From the human T2T-CHM13v2.0 reference genome, Homo sapiens: a stretch of DNA of 64,000 bases. Below, piece after piece: positions 13,661-25,796 of this stretch. The notes under the pieces are model-generated. The model was not told where the DNA came from. It made no database searches and worked only from the letters and a program-made list of their open reading frames with translations. The translations under genes were made by a program, and so were the position numbers. The stretch lies in NCBI RefSeq assembly GCF_009914755.1, contig NC_060927.1. The stretch is one strand, 5' to 3'. Position 1 is the stretch's first letter. The number at the start of each line of letters is the position of its first letter.

Positions 13661-13984
13661 ACAGTATGTGTTAGTTACAACTAACAGTATGATAGGCTAA
13701 GATATGTTTTCAGTGTCACAGACATTTGAATTCAGAGCGCCTATGAGTGGTTTGGTTCCTTTTCTTCCATACTTTAGAAAGGTTAGGAATCACCAGTGAT
13801 GATGAGCCTATGCCACCACATTGAGCTGAGAAGACAGCTGCATCTTGGGTTCCTGCTCCAGCTTAACTGTGATTAATCTGTAAACTGGTTAATTTACCAT
13901 GAAGAACAACAAATTAATTGCTATATAATAAGCTGAAAAATTAAATGGAATTTTCATTTTACTATTCAAGTACTACCACAAGTA

Positions 13985-14240
13985 GTAATAACTAATATTT
14001 ACTGAGTACTTTCTCTGTACCAGTGGCTGAGCTAAACACTCTGCATATATTTGCATAGATTATCTCCTTTACTCCTCATAATAGTTCTGTAAGGTTAATG
14101 CTCTTTTAGCCCAATTTTAAAGCTGGGAAACCTGAGGCATGAAGAAATTATTAGCTTCCTCTGCGTCATAGCTAGAAAGTGTTTCAGTGAGATTTGAACT
14201 TGGGTAGTCTGATTCCAGAGTGTGTGCCTCTTCACAGTTA
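13985..14240 (-). mobile_element. MIR SINE
   Basis: ctaatatttactgagtactt..gggaaacctgaggc..gatttgaact..gtctgattccagag. Confidence 0.7.
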
Positions 14241-15146
14241 CGGGAATCTACCTCCTAAAGAGTGATTTTCACTCTGATACCCCAGAAAACCAGGTACGTA
14301 TGTATTGTGCAGACATAGACACAAGTTAGAGCTATGTGTTCTCTAACAAAGAGGTCTTGAGAAACATTGGAGAAAGCAGCCATATATTTGAATTGGCACA
14401 AGATCAGTTAAAGGCTGGTTCTTCTCCATGGATTATGGTAAACCGAGTCGCTCAAATCTACTGTAATTAAGTGAATATAATTCTTTCTTAGGGATTAAAC
14501 TGGGTATGCAAGAGAACAACATGTAAAACATCTGTTCTTAAGATGCTTCTTTGGCCCTGTGTCACAACTAATCTACTTAGTGTTATAATTTTGTTTCCAG
14601 ATATATATATACAGCATTCAGCCACAATTATGACTAAGGCTTAAAGTCTCTATTATATTAACCTGCCATCTTTAAGTCTTACAGCCAGTAAGGTGGCTTA
14701 TCTCCAAATATGACTCACACGCAACCATACTTCCTGGTATTCAGGACATTTTGCAATTCCCTCCCATGTTGAATCTCACTCTTCTCACAAGATGACCCAG
14801 GGAGCCCCTCCTGCAACAAAAATACATACTTTACAGATAGATTTGGGGTGATTGTTTACCTTGCAATTTTCTGTTTAAAGTATTATTTATTTGAGTTCTT
14901 TTAAATGTTAAGATTCTCTCCATTTTTATTAGTATTAAACATTTGATGGAGAGACCTGGAGGAGAGAGCAGAGAGAAGTAAAACTGAGGCCATGAAACTT
15001 AGCGTTCAACTATTGGAAAGCTCAGTAAACTCTTCATGCAGTAATTCATCCATTGTAATAGTACAATGAATGAATGACTCTTCATGCAGTAATACAGTAC
15101 TACTATGATGGATGAATTACTGCATAAGAGTTTACTGTTTATCCAT

Positions 15147-15580
15147 TGTACTACTTTCCTTTTGCTGCTGTAACAAATTACCACAATCTTAGTGGTTTAA
15201 TACAGCACAAATTATCCTACAGTATTGGATGTTAGAAGTCCAAAACCATGATGGCGGCAGGACTGCCTTCCTCACGCAAGATCTAGGGCAGAATCCATTC
15301 CCTTGCCTTTTCTAGCATTTAGAGGCTGCCTACATTCCTTGTCTCATGACCTCTTATTTCATCTTCAAAGCATGTCACTCAGCCTCTGCTTCTGTGATCA
15401 CATCTCTTCTTATAAGGACCATGTGATCACAATGAGCCCACTTGGATAACCCCTACATCTTGAAATCCTTAATTTAATCACATCTTCAAAGTCTCATTTG
15501 CCATGTGAGATAACATAGTCACAGGTTCTGGGGATTAGAGTGTGACCTTCTTTGGGCAGCCATTATTCTGTTCACTACAT
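15147..15580. mobile_element. MaLR LTR (MLT1C-like)
   Basis: gctgctgtaacaaattaccaca..ccttgccttttctagc..ccttaatttaatcacatct..cacaggttctggggattag. Confidence 0.8.
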
Positions 15581-16176
15581 CCATTCCCATTCAATATATT
15601 CATTTATGCAATTAATTATGTAAGCATTTATTGATACATAACATATCAAACAGTGAGCTAGTTGATAGAAATGTAAAGAATATAAAGAATTGACTACATG
15701 CGTTCAAAGCAGCATGCATAGACCTTACTTAAATACATGGTACCAAGTGAAAAAGTTAGAAACAAATTGAGATCCATAGCATGATACCATTATATAAACC
15801 ATAAGAGCACATAATCAACACATATTCAATACATTAATACATATTTTACAAGAACAGAAACACAGGATCCACATCAAACCCATTATAATGGTTGTATTTG
15901 AAGTTGGAAGAGGATGGAAGTAAAGAATGGGGATTGAAGGCAACAGTACATATGTAGCAAAAGAGATGGGGCATATGGACCAAAGATAATATTGTGTTGT
16001 GAACCAAGAAGTATAACTCTACGCTGTGAAATGGATATTTAAAAGGAAAACAAACAAACTACCTTTAAATAATAAACAAAGTACACTTATGTAAACTTTA
16101 ATAGTGCTGTTAACAAAGTGGGAGAACATACAGCACAGAGGACCACAGAGCAGGTAGAAGGAGGATGTTGTAGAAC

Positions 16177-16390
16177 ACTTGTTCTCAACTGCGATGATTT
16201 TCCCCCAGAAGACATTAGACAATGTCTGGGGCCATTTTAATTTTCGTAACTGAGAGGTGGGTGCTACTGGCACCTAGTGGGTGGAGGACAGAGATGCTGC
16301 TAAGTATCTGACGATGCACAGGGCAGCCCCTACAACAAAGAATTGTCTAGCTGAAAATGCCAAGAGTGCTGAGATAAAGAAAAACCATGT
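16177..16390 (+). mobile_element. MER20
   Basis: gttctcaac..gacattagacaatgtctgg..gtgctactggcacctagtgggt..gatgctgctaa..tgcacagggcagcccctacaacaaagaatt. Confidence 0.85.
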
Positions 16391-17780
16391 GTAGAACAAC
16401 CAGAAAAAAATCCCTGAAATTATTGTGACATGTCAATAGATTTGATTTATAAATATTTGATTATTTGGGGGATTAAAATATAATCAACTACTCATCCTCT
16501 ATGTTCTCTCTGCTGGGTTTAAGGAATTCCTTTCCAAACACCTGATGCCTATTCTTCATGAATTTCAGTTCCTGTGTCTACACACTGATGATTACTGATC
16601 CCTGATTCTCCTTACACTTAGAGTTTTTAGTGATTCCATGGACTTAAAAAAAATCAAATCATAATTGGGGTTAGAAAGAATCAACAATCATTGTTTAATT
16701 CCATTAGTTCTATTTGGGTTATAAGCCAATCTTCAAACAGAGAAGAGTGCTGATGTCTCACATTTTGACAGTGGCTTTGGCTCATGCAATCATTCTAAGT
16801 TTGAATATTACTGAATAAATTAAGGGTAAAGTAGAGTAATTCTATTCAGGATCTCCAATCTGGTACAATAATTCAATCTTTCAGTAGAACAGTGAAGCAG
16901 TGTCTACTTAATAAATATGGATGGCTAATCACACACATATATATTTTAGCCACTTCTTTTCATTATTTAGTGAACAGACAAAACATGCTAAATCACTATA
17001 CCTCTAAAATTATAAATTTGGTTTGACAAAGTCAAATTAGTTTAATGGTATGACATATATCCCTCTAGTCTTTCCTTTTTTTTTTTTTTCAATTTCTTGG
17101 GGCGTGAAACCATCTCAAACCTATACCAATAATTCTGTCCATTCATGACAGATATTGATTGACCTTGTGTTAGACAAAGAACCAGACATGTTCAATAGGG
17201 AGAAAATCCTACACTTCAATTTCAATACTCCATTTATTCCCAGACCTTTACATGCTGTTATCAAAAGACAGTTGGCTTTGGAGCCAAAGACCCCTAAAAG
17301 ACTACGGGCAGGTTATTGAAATTCTCAAGGCTTTGGTCACTTCATTGTAACTTTGTTCTTAGAAAATTTAATTAAAAGGTGAAATTAAGTGCAATAAAGT
17401 AGGTAACACAACCATTAATTCCTTTTCCTTGTTCTATTCCTAAATTAAGCCCTATCAATATTAAAGTGAATGCTTTACCTTCTGGGTCAAGCCAAGATAA
17501 AGCAATTAGGCAAGAAAGTACTCCACATCACTTTTGCAAATAGTTCTATGGTGTATCCTCTTTGGATGCTCAGCTTAAATCCCACACCAGCTGAACAGAA
17601 TTTCTTATCTCTTTCGAAATCCTTAATATTAATTGTTGGAAATACTTATTTTATGCTAACTAGGGGTTGCCCTTAGTTCTCATTTTCTAGTTGATTTTCA
17701 TGGGAATAAGTTTTATTTTCACAGATAAACCATAAGATCCTTGAGATTAGGAATCTCATATCTCTACATCCATCTAATCT

Positions 17781-17781
<1 letters not shown>

Positions 17782-17827
<46 letters not shown>
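17782..17827. repeat. (TATC)n / (GATA)n tetranucleotide STR, ~11 units
   Basis: Directly visible. Confidence 0.95.
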
Positions 17828-19524
17828 GTTTTGTATAGGAAACATTGATTCAGACAGTGCCTTCTTAGAATGCAGGTTGTGGGAGGAGGCAATCAATATT
17901 TCTGAGGAACTGAATATTACTGCCACTAGCTTCAAAGTCTTTTTTTCATGTATATGCTAAATTCCAAATACTTAAAAATTAATGCACATTAATATCCTCC
18001 AGTATGATCAAATTCAGTGATTCATGAAATGCAATCTTCTAGTTATTACCATGTTGAATCCTCATATAACCTCAAAGGGAATAAAAAACTAAAAATACAA
18101 CAAAGCCCAGTGGTGCCCAATCAGTAAACCTAATGTTAGTATCTATTTAGAGTTTTGTATTTAAAGAAACTAAATCATGGGCAATATATAAAGTTTTAGA
18201 AATTTTAAAAAACTTTGTGTATCTGATGTCATATTAAATTTATATTGAATAATCACTTTTGTTGTTTCATTTATCTAGCCAATGCAGAAGTTTTAAGCAA
18301 GAAAAAAAAGTCACATTGAAAATATCAAGAAGGTTGTAGCTGTAGGCTGAGAAGTATAAATATATAAGGATGTCAGTTGCTAAAAGGTATGAGTTTCAAG
18401 TATTCTGTCTTTACTTTCATTTTATATAGCTCTGGTCAATTTCACAGCCCCAACCAGTACTGAACAGGGAAATTGGAAAACTGCAGAATTGATTTGCAGA
18501 AGTGAAGTTCTATTTTCTTTTACACCTTCTTCATCAGAGTTGCTATCATTCTTGTGTTGTGTGGTATTATTGAGAGTAGCCTGGGTATAGCTGATAATTG
18601 CTAAAAGTCATTCTCTTGAAATGAAAGCAGAAAAAAACAAGGAGCCTTCAATTTCTCATTTTCCAAATTTGATGCTTTCATAATCCTTCATTTTTGCTAG
18701 AATTTAAACGTAAAAACTTTTCTTCTCTCAAGCAACCATGATTATAGCAATTCTCTTTGCTTGTGATTCCTAGGTAAAAAAAAATATTAAAATAATAAAG
18801 CTCTAAGTGTCTAATTTGAACTAAATATAGGACCTTCAAATATTCTGGTTCAGTTTTTCAGTTTCCATCCTTAATTGATTTTACTTTAAACTTTAAATAT
18901 AGGAGTAAATTGCAATATAGTACTTAATACCTTAAGATGAAAACTGGTTTACTTTTGCTGCTCTTTCCAGATGTGCAGTAGATTCAGGAGGTTTTTACTA
19001 AAATTCAAATTAGAGGTGTTTGAAAACAAAGCTGTAACCTTTGGCTATTTAGTATCAATCCTGAAAAGGAATCTCCCCAGTATTCTTACAGATCATTGAG
19101 AAAGAATTGTTGTGGTACAACTGACTGAATTTCGAGATCCTCCTACATATTCTGTGTTTTTTAAAAATGCATTTTAGTGATGATTAAATCTTTACTATGT
19201 AATGCCATCTGCCCAGTAGAATGGAGTCCATTTACAGTGTCATATAAATGGCAACTTTTTACCTATAATTTTTTTTCTATTTATTTTTAGATTGGCTTTT
19301 GTTCTTTGTATTCTGCTGCATCTCCAATTTATAAATCTTTGTGGGTCAAAGAATCAGAACACTGTCTTCTCACTAATCAAACAATATTGTCAAGTCTGTT
19401 TGTTACTAAGTTGAGAATTGAATTTTTAAAAAATTGGCCAAGTTTCTTAAGGCTTAAATAGATAGATGGCTACAAAACAACAACAAAGCACAAACAAAAC
19501 TCCTCTATTTTAACAGATTTGAAA

Positions 19525-19664
19525 AGGTTGCCAGATAAAATACAGAACACCCAATTAAATTTAAATTTCAGATAAACAACAAATGATATTTCAGTTTAAA
19601 TATTTCTCAAATAATGCATGCCCTGTATTTTTATTTGCAATATCGTCAGATGTTGTCAAACCCT
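19525..19664. mobile_element. MER53 (hAT) fragment
   Basis: aggttgccagataaaatacag..aattaaattt.aatttcagataaacaac..cctgtattttttatttgc. Confidence 0.7.
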
Positions 19665-21159
19665 AAGGATTAACGCCATTTTTTTCCTCAATACTAACCA
19701 TATTGTCATAAAGTGCTACCATTTTAATAAATTAGAAAGCAACATCATAAAAACGAAAAAATAAAGTTATGAGTAACCAAAATTAAGTCAATTTCATCTA
19801 TCCAGAAACGTGCATACAGGACATTCACAAAGAAGAAATTATAAGTGCATATGTATATGCAGAAACCCCAGTCATGAGGAAACACCACTTCCTGTTAACT
19901 TGCATGGGATTATAGTATTTTAAGTTCTAAATTTCTCAGCAGACCTAGAAGACAGAACTGAATTGTTTTTCATAATTATTTCTCTTTCTCAATCACAATT
20001 TAAATTCCAAGATCCTTTCTTTATCAAGAAGTTCAAAGGTTTGATCTTTTCAGTGCTAGAAAAGTTATGCACACGGGCTAACTATATGTCTACTAGAAAT
20101 TCTTCCCATTCGCTGATACTTCCTTACATTTTAACATCTAGAAATAGCATTCCCAATGTTAGCTCATTTGCACCTTACATTTATTTTTAAAATATGAAAC
20201 ATCTATAATGTGCCAGGCACCCCGTTAGATGTTAGAAACACAAGATGAGTAAATAAAAATTCGTCAACAGTAAAATTTTGATTTTCTTTCCAAAAGGTTG
20301 CAGCCTATGAAATCCATGGAGTACGGATTACTATTACTTCACGTTACAGATGAAGGATCTAAGCGCTCAGGGGTTGAAAGGTCTTATGTCAGTTCTCACA
20401 TATAGTGACTAAAGAGCCAGGGCTTCAGTAATCATCCCTGGCTCCGGGCTCAGGGCATTCCGGTATTTTTTCAAAGGAAATTCCGGAATACTTAGTATTG
20501 TATCCCCTCCATTTCCCAAGAGCAAAAAGTAAAGCATCTTGGATCCCCTTGTAATGTTCACGTGAGGAACAGGTGTTCTCTGGGTGTGCTAGAAAAGCAA
20601 GGCACCAGTGGGAGTTGAAGATCCTAAGCAGCCGCTGTAACCAGACCAAGTTAATCTGTGGAAACCAGAGCACCCGGCCAAGGCGATGCTATTTCAATTG
20701 GGTGTCATAGGTGACTCATCAGAGACGCCTTGCTTTTGGGCCTTGTGATATTTTTCTTCAGGGTGGGACGTCAGATTTCCTTTGCATTTTTGGACAACAG
20801 CCCTCCTGTCCATTTCCACATTTTTCTGGTTTTACAGCTCTCACGCAGAGCTTGATTTCATACCGGAAGCTAGTCACTGGCAGGAAGTTTACGGAAGAAG
20901 AAAAAGGTAAAAAAATGTGCCGGGGGCCAGGAGAGAGGCCTAAAATGGGGAAATTCGCACTTGAAGAGCTTTCCCTACCCCAGCCCCTCAGAATGACAGT
21001 TCTCCTCCGCCAGAAGACTACCTCTCCCGGCAGGCACTGCGCGCTCGACGGCCACAGGCTGGCCAGCTCCCTGCTCTCCACCTCCATCCGAATCAGCCAA
21101 TAGGAATTCCCGGCTTGGGCCTCCGCCCGACCCGGACCACGCGGGAGCCGGGGCAATCA

Positions 21160-21182
21160 AACTACATTTCCCGACACGCATG
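21160..21182 (+). promoter_or_regulatory. ZNF143/THAP11-type ACTACAnnTCCC promoter motif
   Basis: AACTACATTTCCCGACACGCATG matches the known ACTACAnnTCCC motif followed by an SBS-like extension. Confidence 0.7.
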
Positions 21183-21351
21183 TGCTCGCGTCGTGGCCAA
21201 TCAGCGCCAGGAATTCGGAGGCTAGGGGTGGAGCCAGATGCACAGGACACCCCATTGGCCAGGGGAAGCTTAGAAGAGCCGGAACCCGGGAGCTAGAGAA
21301 GCGAAATGACATTTCCTTTTTAAATAGCTGGAGTCGGGGCCCCATCGAGAA

Positions 21352-21367
21352 ATGGCCGCGTCGGCAG
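21352..21367 (+). CDS. KBTBD8: KBTBD8 coding exon 1 (MAASA + first base of Asp6)
   Basis: GAAATGG start inside the CpG island, followed by donor CAG|GTGGGT at 21368; phase 1 joins exon 2 (G+AT = Asp) giving MAASADLSKSSPTPNG... Confidence 0.9.
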
Positions 21368-21976
21368 GTGGGTCGTGTGGTGGCCAGGGCGGCGTGGAGG
21401 GAGGTGAGGGGGAAGGTGGGCCGGGGCCGGCCACAGGCAGTGGGATGAGGACGTAGCGGTGCGGAGCTAGAGGGAAGGATGAAGCGGTGGAGGGGAATGA
21501 GAAGAGGGAGGATGAATGGTGCGGAGGGCGGTGGGCGGTCCGGCGGGACCGGGATGGGGAGGCTGGGTACCCGCCGGCGCTGCGCCCCAGGAGGCAGCGG
21601 GAGGCGGCTTGAGGGGGCACCGGCGGCCGCCGTTGTTCGAGCTTCCCTCGTGAGGCTCTGCCCTCGGCTCTCGGCGGAGTCCGCGCAGACGCCTCTCCTG
21701 GGCTGCGAGCGCGTTTCCTCCGCGAGCACGGGTGCCGGGCTCGCCGGGCTCCGCAGGAGCAGGCTGGCCTTTGAACTTGTTCCGCCGATCGCGCTCCGCC
21801 CTCTGTCTCCCAGATCCTTAACTCGCGGTCCCACGAGGTCGTGCGTATATCCACAGACATTTGTATATATCTTGTAGGGGGAAAAAGCCTAGCAAGCAGA
21901 CACACAAACAGAAAAATCCCGCGATGCCGTAACTGGCTCGGCACTTCTTGTAGTTGTACGATTTTTCTCCTCCTAG

Positions 21977-22187
21977 ATTTAAGTAAGTCTTCCCCAACAC
22001 CGAATGGGATTCCATCTTCAGACCCAGCCAGCGATGCCATGGACCCCTTCCATGCTTGCAGTATTCTTAAGCAACTCAAAACAATGTACGATGAAGGACA
22101 GTTGACAGACATTGTAGTGGAAGTGGATCACGGGAAAACATTTTCCTGTCATAGAAACGTTCTTGCTGCAATCAGCCCTTACTTCAG
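21977..22187 (+). CDS. KBTBD8: KBTBD8 coding exon 2 (start of BTB/POZ domain)
   Basis: Acceptor ttttctcctcctag|, donor AG|GTATGA at 22188; encodes LTDIVVEVDHGKTFSCHRNVLAAISPYFR, a typical BTB motif; lies within ORF 21841-22281. Confidence 0.96.
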
Positions 22188-22444
22188 GTATGATGATGGT
22201 AGGAACTTCTGTTGGTATCTGCACCAAGCTCCCTTTCCCCCTCAGTATTGTCCACTTGATGTTTATATTGAGATGCGATAATGAAATGAAACCAATGACT
22301 TTGTTTCTTGAGACTAGAAAACAAGTCCTCTCTTAACTAAGACCTTCTTTTGACTTGAGGGATTCTTCTAGATTTCGGGTGATTGCTTTTTAAGTTAGTG
22401 GGCCTGTGTGTGTGTGTTTGAGGTAAATGACCAGAAAATCTAGA

Positions 22445-22649
22445 CTTGTGCTGGTCAGTATGGAAGCCAGTAGCCATGTGTGGCTGTTTAAACTTAAATT
22501 ATAAGTTAAATAAAATAAAACATTTAGTTCCCCAGGTACACTAAATACTTTTTGAGTGCTTGCTGGTCACCTGCAGCTAGTGGCTGCCATATTGGGCAGC
22601 ACAGAAATACAGCATTTTCATCATTGACAATTTTATTGGACAGTGCTGA
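22445..22649 (-). mobile_element. MER3 (hAT-Charlie) in intron 2
   Basis: agccagtagccatgtgtggct..gctagtggctgccatattgg.cagcacag..tattggacagtgctg. Confidence 0.7.
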
Positions 22650-23419
22650 TCTAGAATTTCTTTCAAAAAGTTATCCATAATGCATGTTTCTTTAGTGTAT
22701 GGGACTCTTTTATAAAATAGTTTAAAACATGTAGCATGTTCCTTCAAAAACAAATTACCACTCAATAGATTGTTTAAATGCTATGGGGGTCAAAGCAAGA
22801 ATGAATATAGTTTCTTTGTGCCTAAGGCCCCAAATTAATAATATCCAAGATTTCTAGAAGTATGTTAAACGAAGTTTTTGTTTTTACTTATATTGTCTAC
22901 TATAAAACTTTTAAAAGTAAAATTTAAAAACTTGGGTCTGAAAAATAACTTCCTACTTTAAGATGAGTGGAAAAGGCAGTTTTCTGCATGGGCTTAACTT
23001 CTTTTGTGTCAAATGCTCACTTTAAGCCTTTCAGTATTCACAAGTGGTGCATAAATAATAGTAAAGTTATCAACCACACTCTGAATGTGATTTTTCCTTT
23101 TGAAGGTGCTTACCTTTATAGGGCACATAACCATATAATGTTCCAACAGTAGTTTCTGGTTCCTCTTTCTCAGAATACTGGGTTAAATATAGTCACTTCA
23201 GTCTGATGCTTGTGATGTAACCGTTTAGACTTGCCTAGGGTAGGTCATTGGACTACTAAGTATTAATCATCGCAAGACAGTGAGCTGGAAAGAAAAAAAA
23301 ACTCACATATGCAGAAGGTATGAAGTTTGGCCTGGTAATGGAAACTTCTAGTGAGATTCACTTACCCAGATTATCTATTAGATATGGTTAGGTCATTTGT
23401 ATGTTTAAATATATGTCAC

Positions 23420-23640
23420 AGTTACTACTTATCAAGCTCTAGGCTAAGCTTACTTTACATGTATTGCCTTATATAATCTTTATAATCCTATCTCTGCATA
23501 GTTGTTGTTCCATTTTACTTATGAAGAAGCTGAGGCTCAGTGAGATTGAGTTTTAATAACCTGCCTAAATCATCTATCCAACAAGTAAATGGCAGAGGCT
23601 ACATTTGATTACAGAGCCAGGCTTCTTAGTAGCCATATGA
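23420..23640 (-). mobile_element. MIR SINE in intron 2
   Basis: ccattttacttatgaagaagctgaggctcag..taacctgcctaa..agtaaatggcagag. Confidence 0.65.
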
Positions 23641-23798
23641 CTCTTAAGGAACAAGAGTTGGTACAGTTTCCTTTAAAACATTTTTATTGTATATTGCATT
23701 TGAATAGTAAAAACAAAAACAAAACAAAACAAAACAAAAACTGCAAAGTAAAAATGTCTATATCTTACTGAAATTTAATAATCTGGATTATATCATTT

Positions 23799-23958
23799 AA
23801 ATGTCATACTTATGTATGCTTACTAAGTATACTTATTAAGTATAATACTTAGTAAGCATACATAATAAATATGATATATGTATACATATTAAGTATACTT
23901 ATTAAGTATAATACTTAGTAAGTATACTTATTAGTAACTTTACATAAGTATGACATTT
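23799..23958. repeat. AT-rich nested inverted/direct repeat
   Basis: 18-bp perfect inverted repeat 23799-23816 / 23941-23958; 21-bp perfect inverted repeat 23810-23830 / 23845-23865; 33-bp direct repeat 23824-23856 / 23890-23922. Confidence 0.9.
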
Positions 23959-25507
23959 TCACCTTGCAGTTTCATTTTTTATTTTTGAAGACCTGGAAAA
24001 AAATTTTACTTTAAAAGAAGTATGCTATGATAGATTTCTAATTTTCTTGATTCCTTAAAATCTTAAATTCTTTAATTTTGTTAAGTCAATTTTTAAAAGG
24101 AGTAAAAAATACTTGAGAAATTTTCTGGGGATACGATATGTGCATTGAAATAAAGATATTTGGCTAGAAACCTCAAGGATTAGAATTTGATCTCTTGCTA
24201 GAGGTTTTTGTACTGAAGTTTCTTGGTACCAGCGCTGCTTCCTGTGTGGGATGTAGAAAATCGTACTTAATGTTTCTACGTCTTGCATCACTAGTGGAAG
24301 AATTAGAACGGCTGGAAATCTGGAATGGCTGTTTCATGATACCAGTAACTCATCAGAATTGAAATTTGTATGATTATTAGAAATTTTTTGCTGCTCTGGA
24401 TTTTGTGTGAGGAAGTGCCCTGGCTTCATTTATGTTGAGTTTACATGAAGAACTTACTAGAACAGAGGAAAACTCATGAAGTGTGAGACCACTCCTGTGT
24501 GTAAGATGAGCCTATTCAAGTCAGCAGTAGTTCCCATGATAAAGGGATATGTGGTAATGTCTTCCTTTGGGAGTTAATGTCTCCCTAATGCAGGGCTTTA
24601 TTTTTCTTTTTAATTGGTAGCTGTATCGGTGAGTCTTTCAGCACCTGAATTGAAAACCAGCACATACGTAGGAACATCTAGTTTTTAGTCATCAAAAAAG
24701 CCAGTGTGATACTAAATTAAAATGTACATTGTAGAAGTAAAAACAGGACTCGAAGATGATTAACCTGGGCAGCAAGTTGAGTCCTTGTACCTCCAGTGTT
24801 TCTCATACTGCATTTTAAAATTAATTCCATGAATTTGAGAGATATTTTTTAAGTGACTGGAAATCTTTGCAATTCATTTTTCATAAGATCACAAAAATTA
24901 AATAGGATGAGTCTGGATCATCTAGAATGAAACTTTAAAGGAGCGAAAAGAAAGGCAAATGATGTTTGCAAGTGACTAATACTTAAAGAGCCAGGCTGCT
25001 TAATGTTTCGGTCAAGAAAATCCCATAAATGCAACAATATTTTAATAATAGAAAAAACCAACTTGGTCTCGAAGGTAAAAGTTTGGGGTTTTAAAAACCA
25101 TTATCTTCAAAGAATCAGTTAACTATTAAACTCTGTTTAAAACAGGCATTATGTATTGACTCTACCATAATCTTTATTTATGTCTAGATTTAGGTAGGTA
25201 AAATATGGTATCTTTGAGAAAATGAAGTATTTCCTTTTAAGCAAATGTTCTCAAAATTTCCAAGGGTAAGTGAAGTGATTATTATATTACTTATAATGGT
25301 TAAGGCAGCATTCAAAAGATGACAGTTTTAAAAAGGAGTAGGTGGAGAATATGTACTTTTAAAGAACTTCTTGCTTTTCTAAGATGAACATTTTAAAGAT
25401 ATATTTTGGATACAAGTTGCCTTGTAATTTTCACCAGGACATGAAAAGTTTTTATTAGGTTGTTTCTTTGTATGCTAATGTATCATGTTGATACCTTTAT
25501 AGGTATT

Positions 25508-25796
25508 CTTTTTTTTTTTTTTTTTTTTTTGAGATGGAGTCTCACTCTGTCTTCCAGGCTGGCACTCAGCTCACTGCAACCTCCGCCTTCCGGGTTCAAG
25601 CGATTCTCCTGCCTCAGCCTCCTGAGTAGCTGGGATTACAGGGATGTGCCACCACGCCCAGCTAATTTTTTATTTTAGTAGAGATGGGGTTTCACCGTCT
25701 TGGCCAGGCAGATTTTGAACTCCTGACCTTATGTGATCCACCCACTTTGGCCTCCTAAAGTGCTGGAATTACAGGCATGAGCCACCACACCGGGCC
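25508..25796 (-). mobile_element. Alu (S-like) in intron 2
   Basis: Poly-T + Alu reverse complement with a small deletion; TSD gtattctt. Confidence 0.93.

Larger units (their letters stand above)
20990..21860. promoter_or_regulatory. CpG island / KBTBD8 promoter and 5' part of intron 1
   Basis: Abrupt GC- and CpG-rich segment in an AT-rich window; CCAAT at 21097 and 21197, ATTGG at 21254, GC box CTCCGCCC at 21121, ETS-like CCGGAA at ~21279. Confidence 0.92.

Noticed and set aside
21841-21976. Apparent N-terminal extension of the exon 2 ORF
   Set aside because: Intronic and without an in-frame ATG; a good acceptor at 21976 and an in-phase exon 1 explain the real N-terminus.
20711-22112. Several long overlapping ORFs on both strands (up to 280 aa) around the promoter
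   Set aside because: Expected from stop-codon scarcity in a GC-rich CpG island; low-complexity Pro/Arg/Gly/Ala products with no domain.
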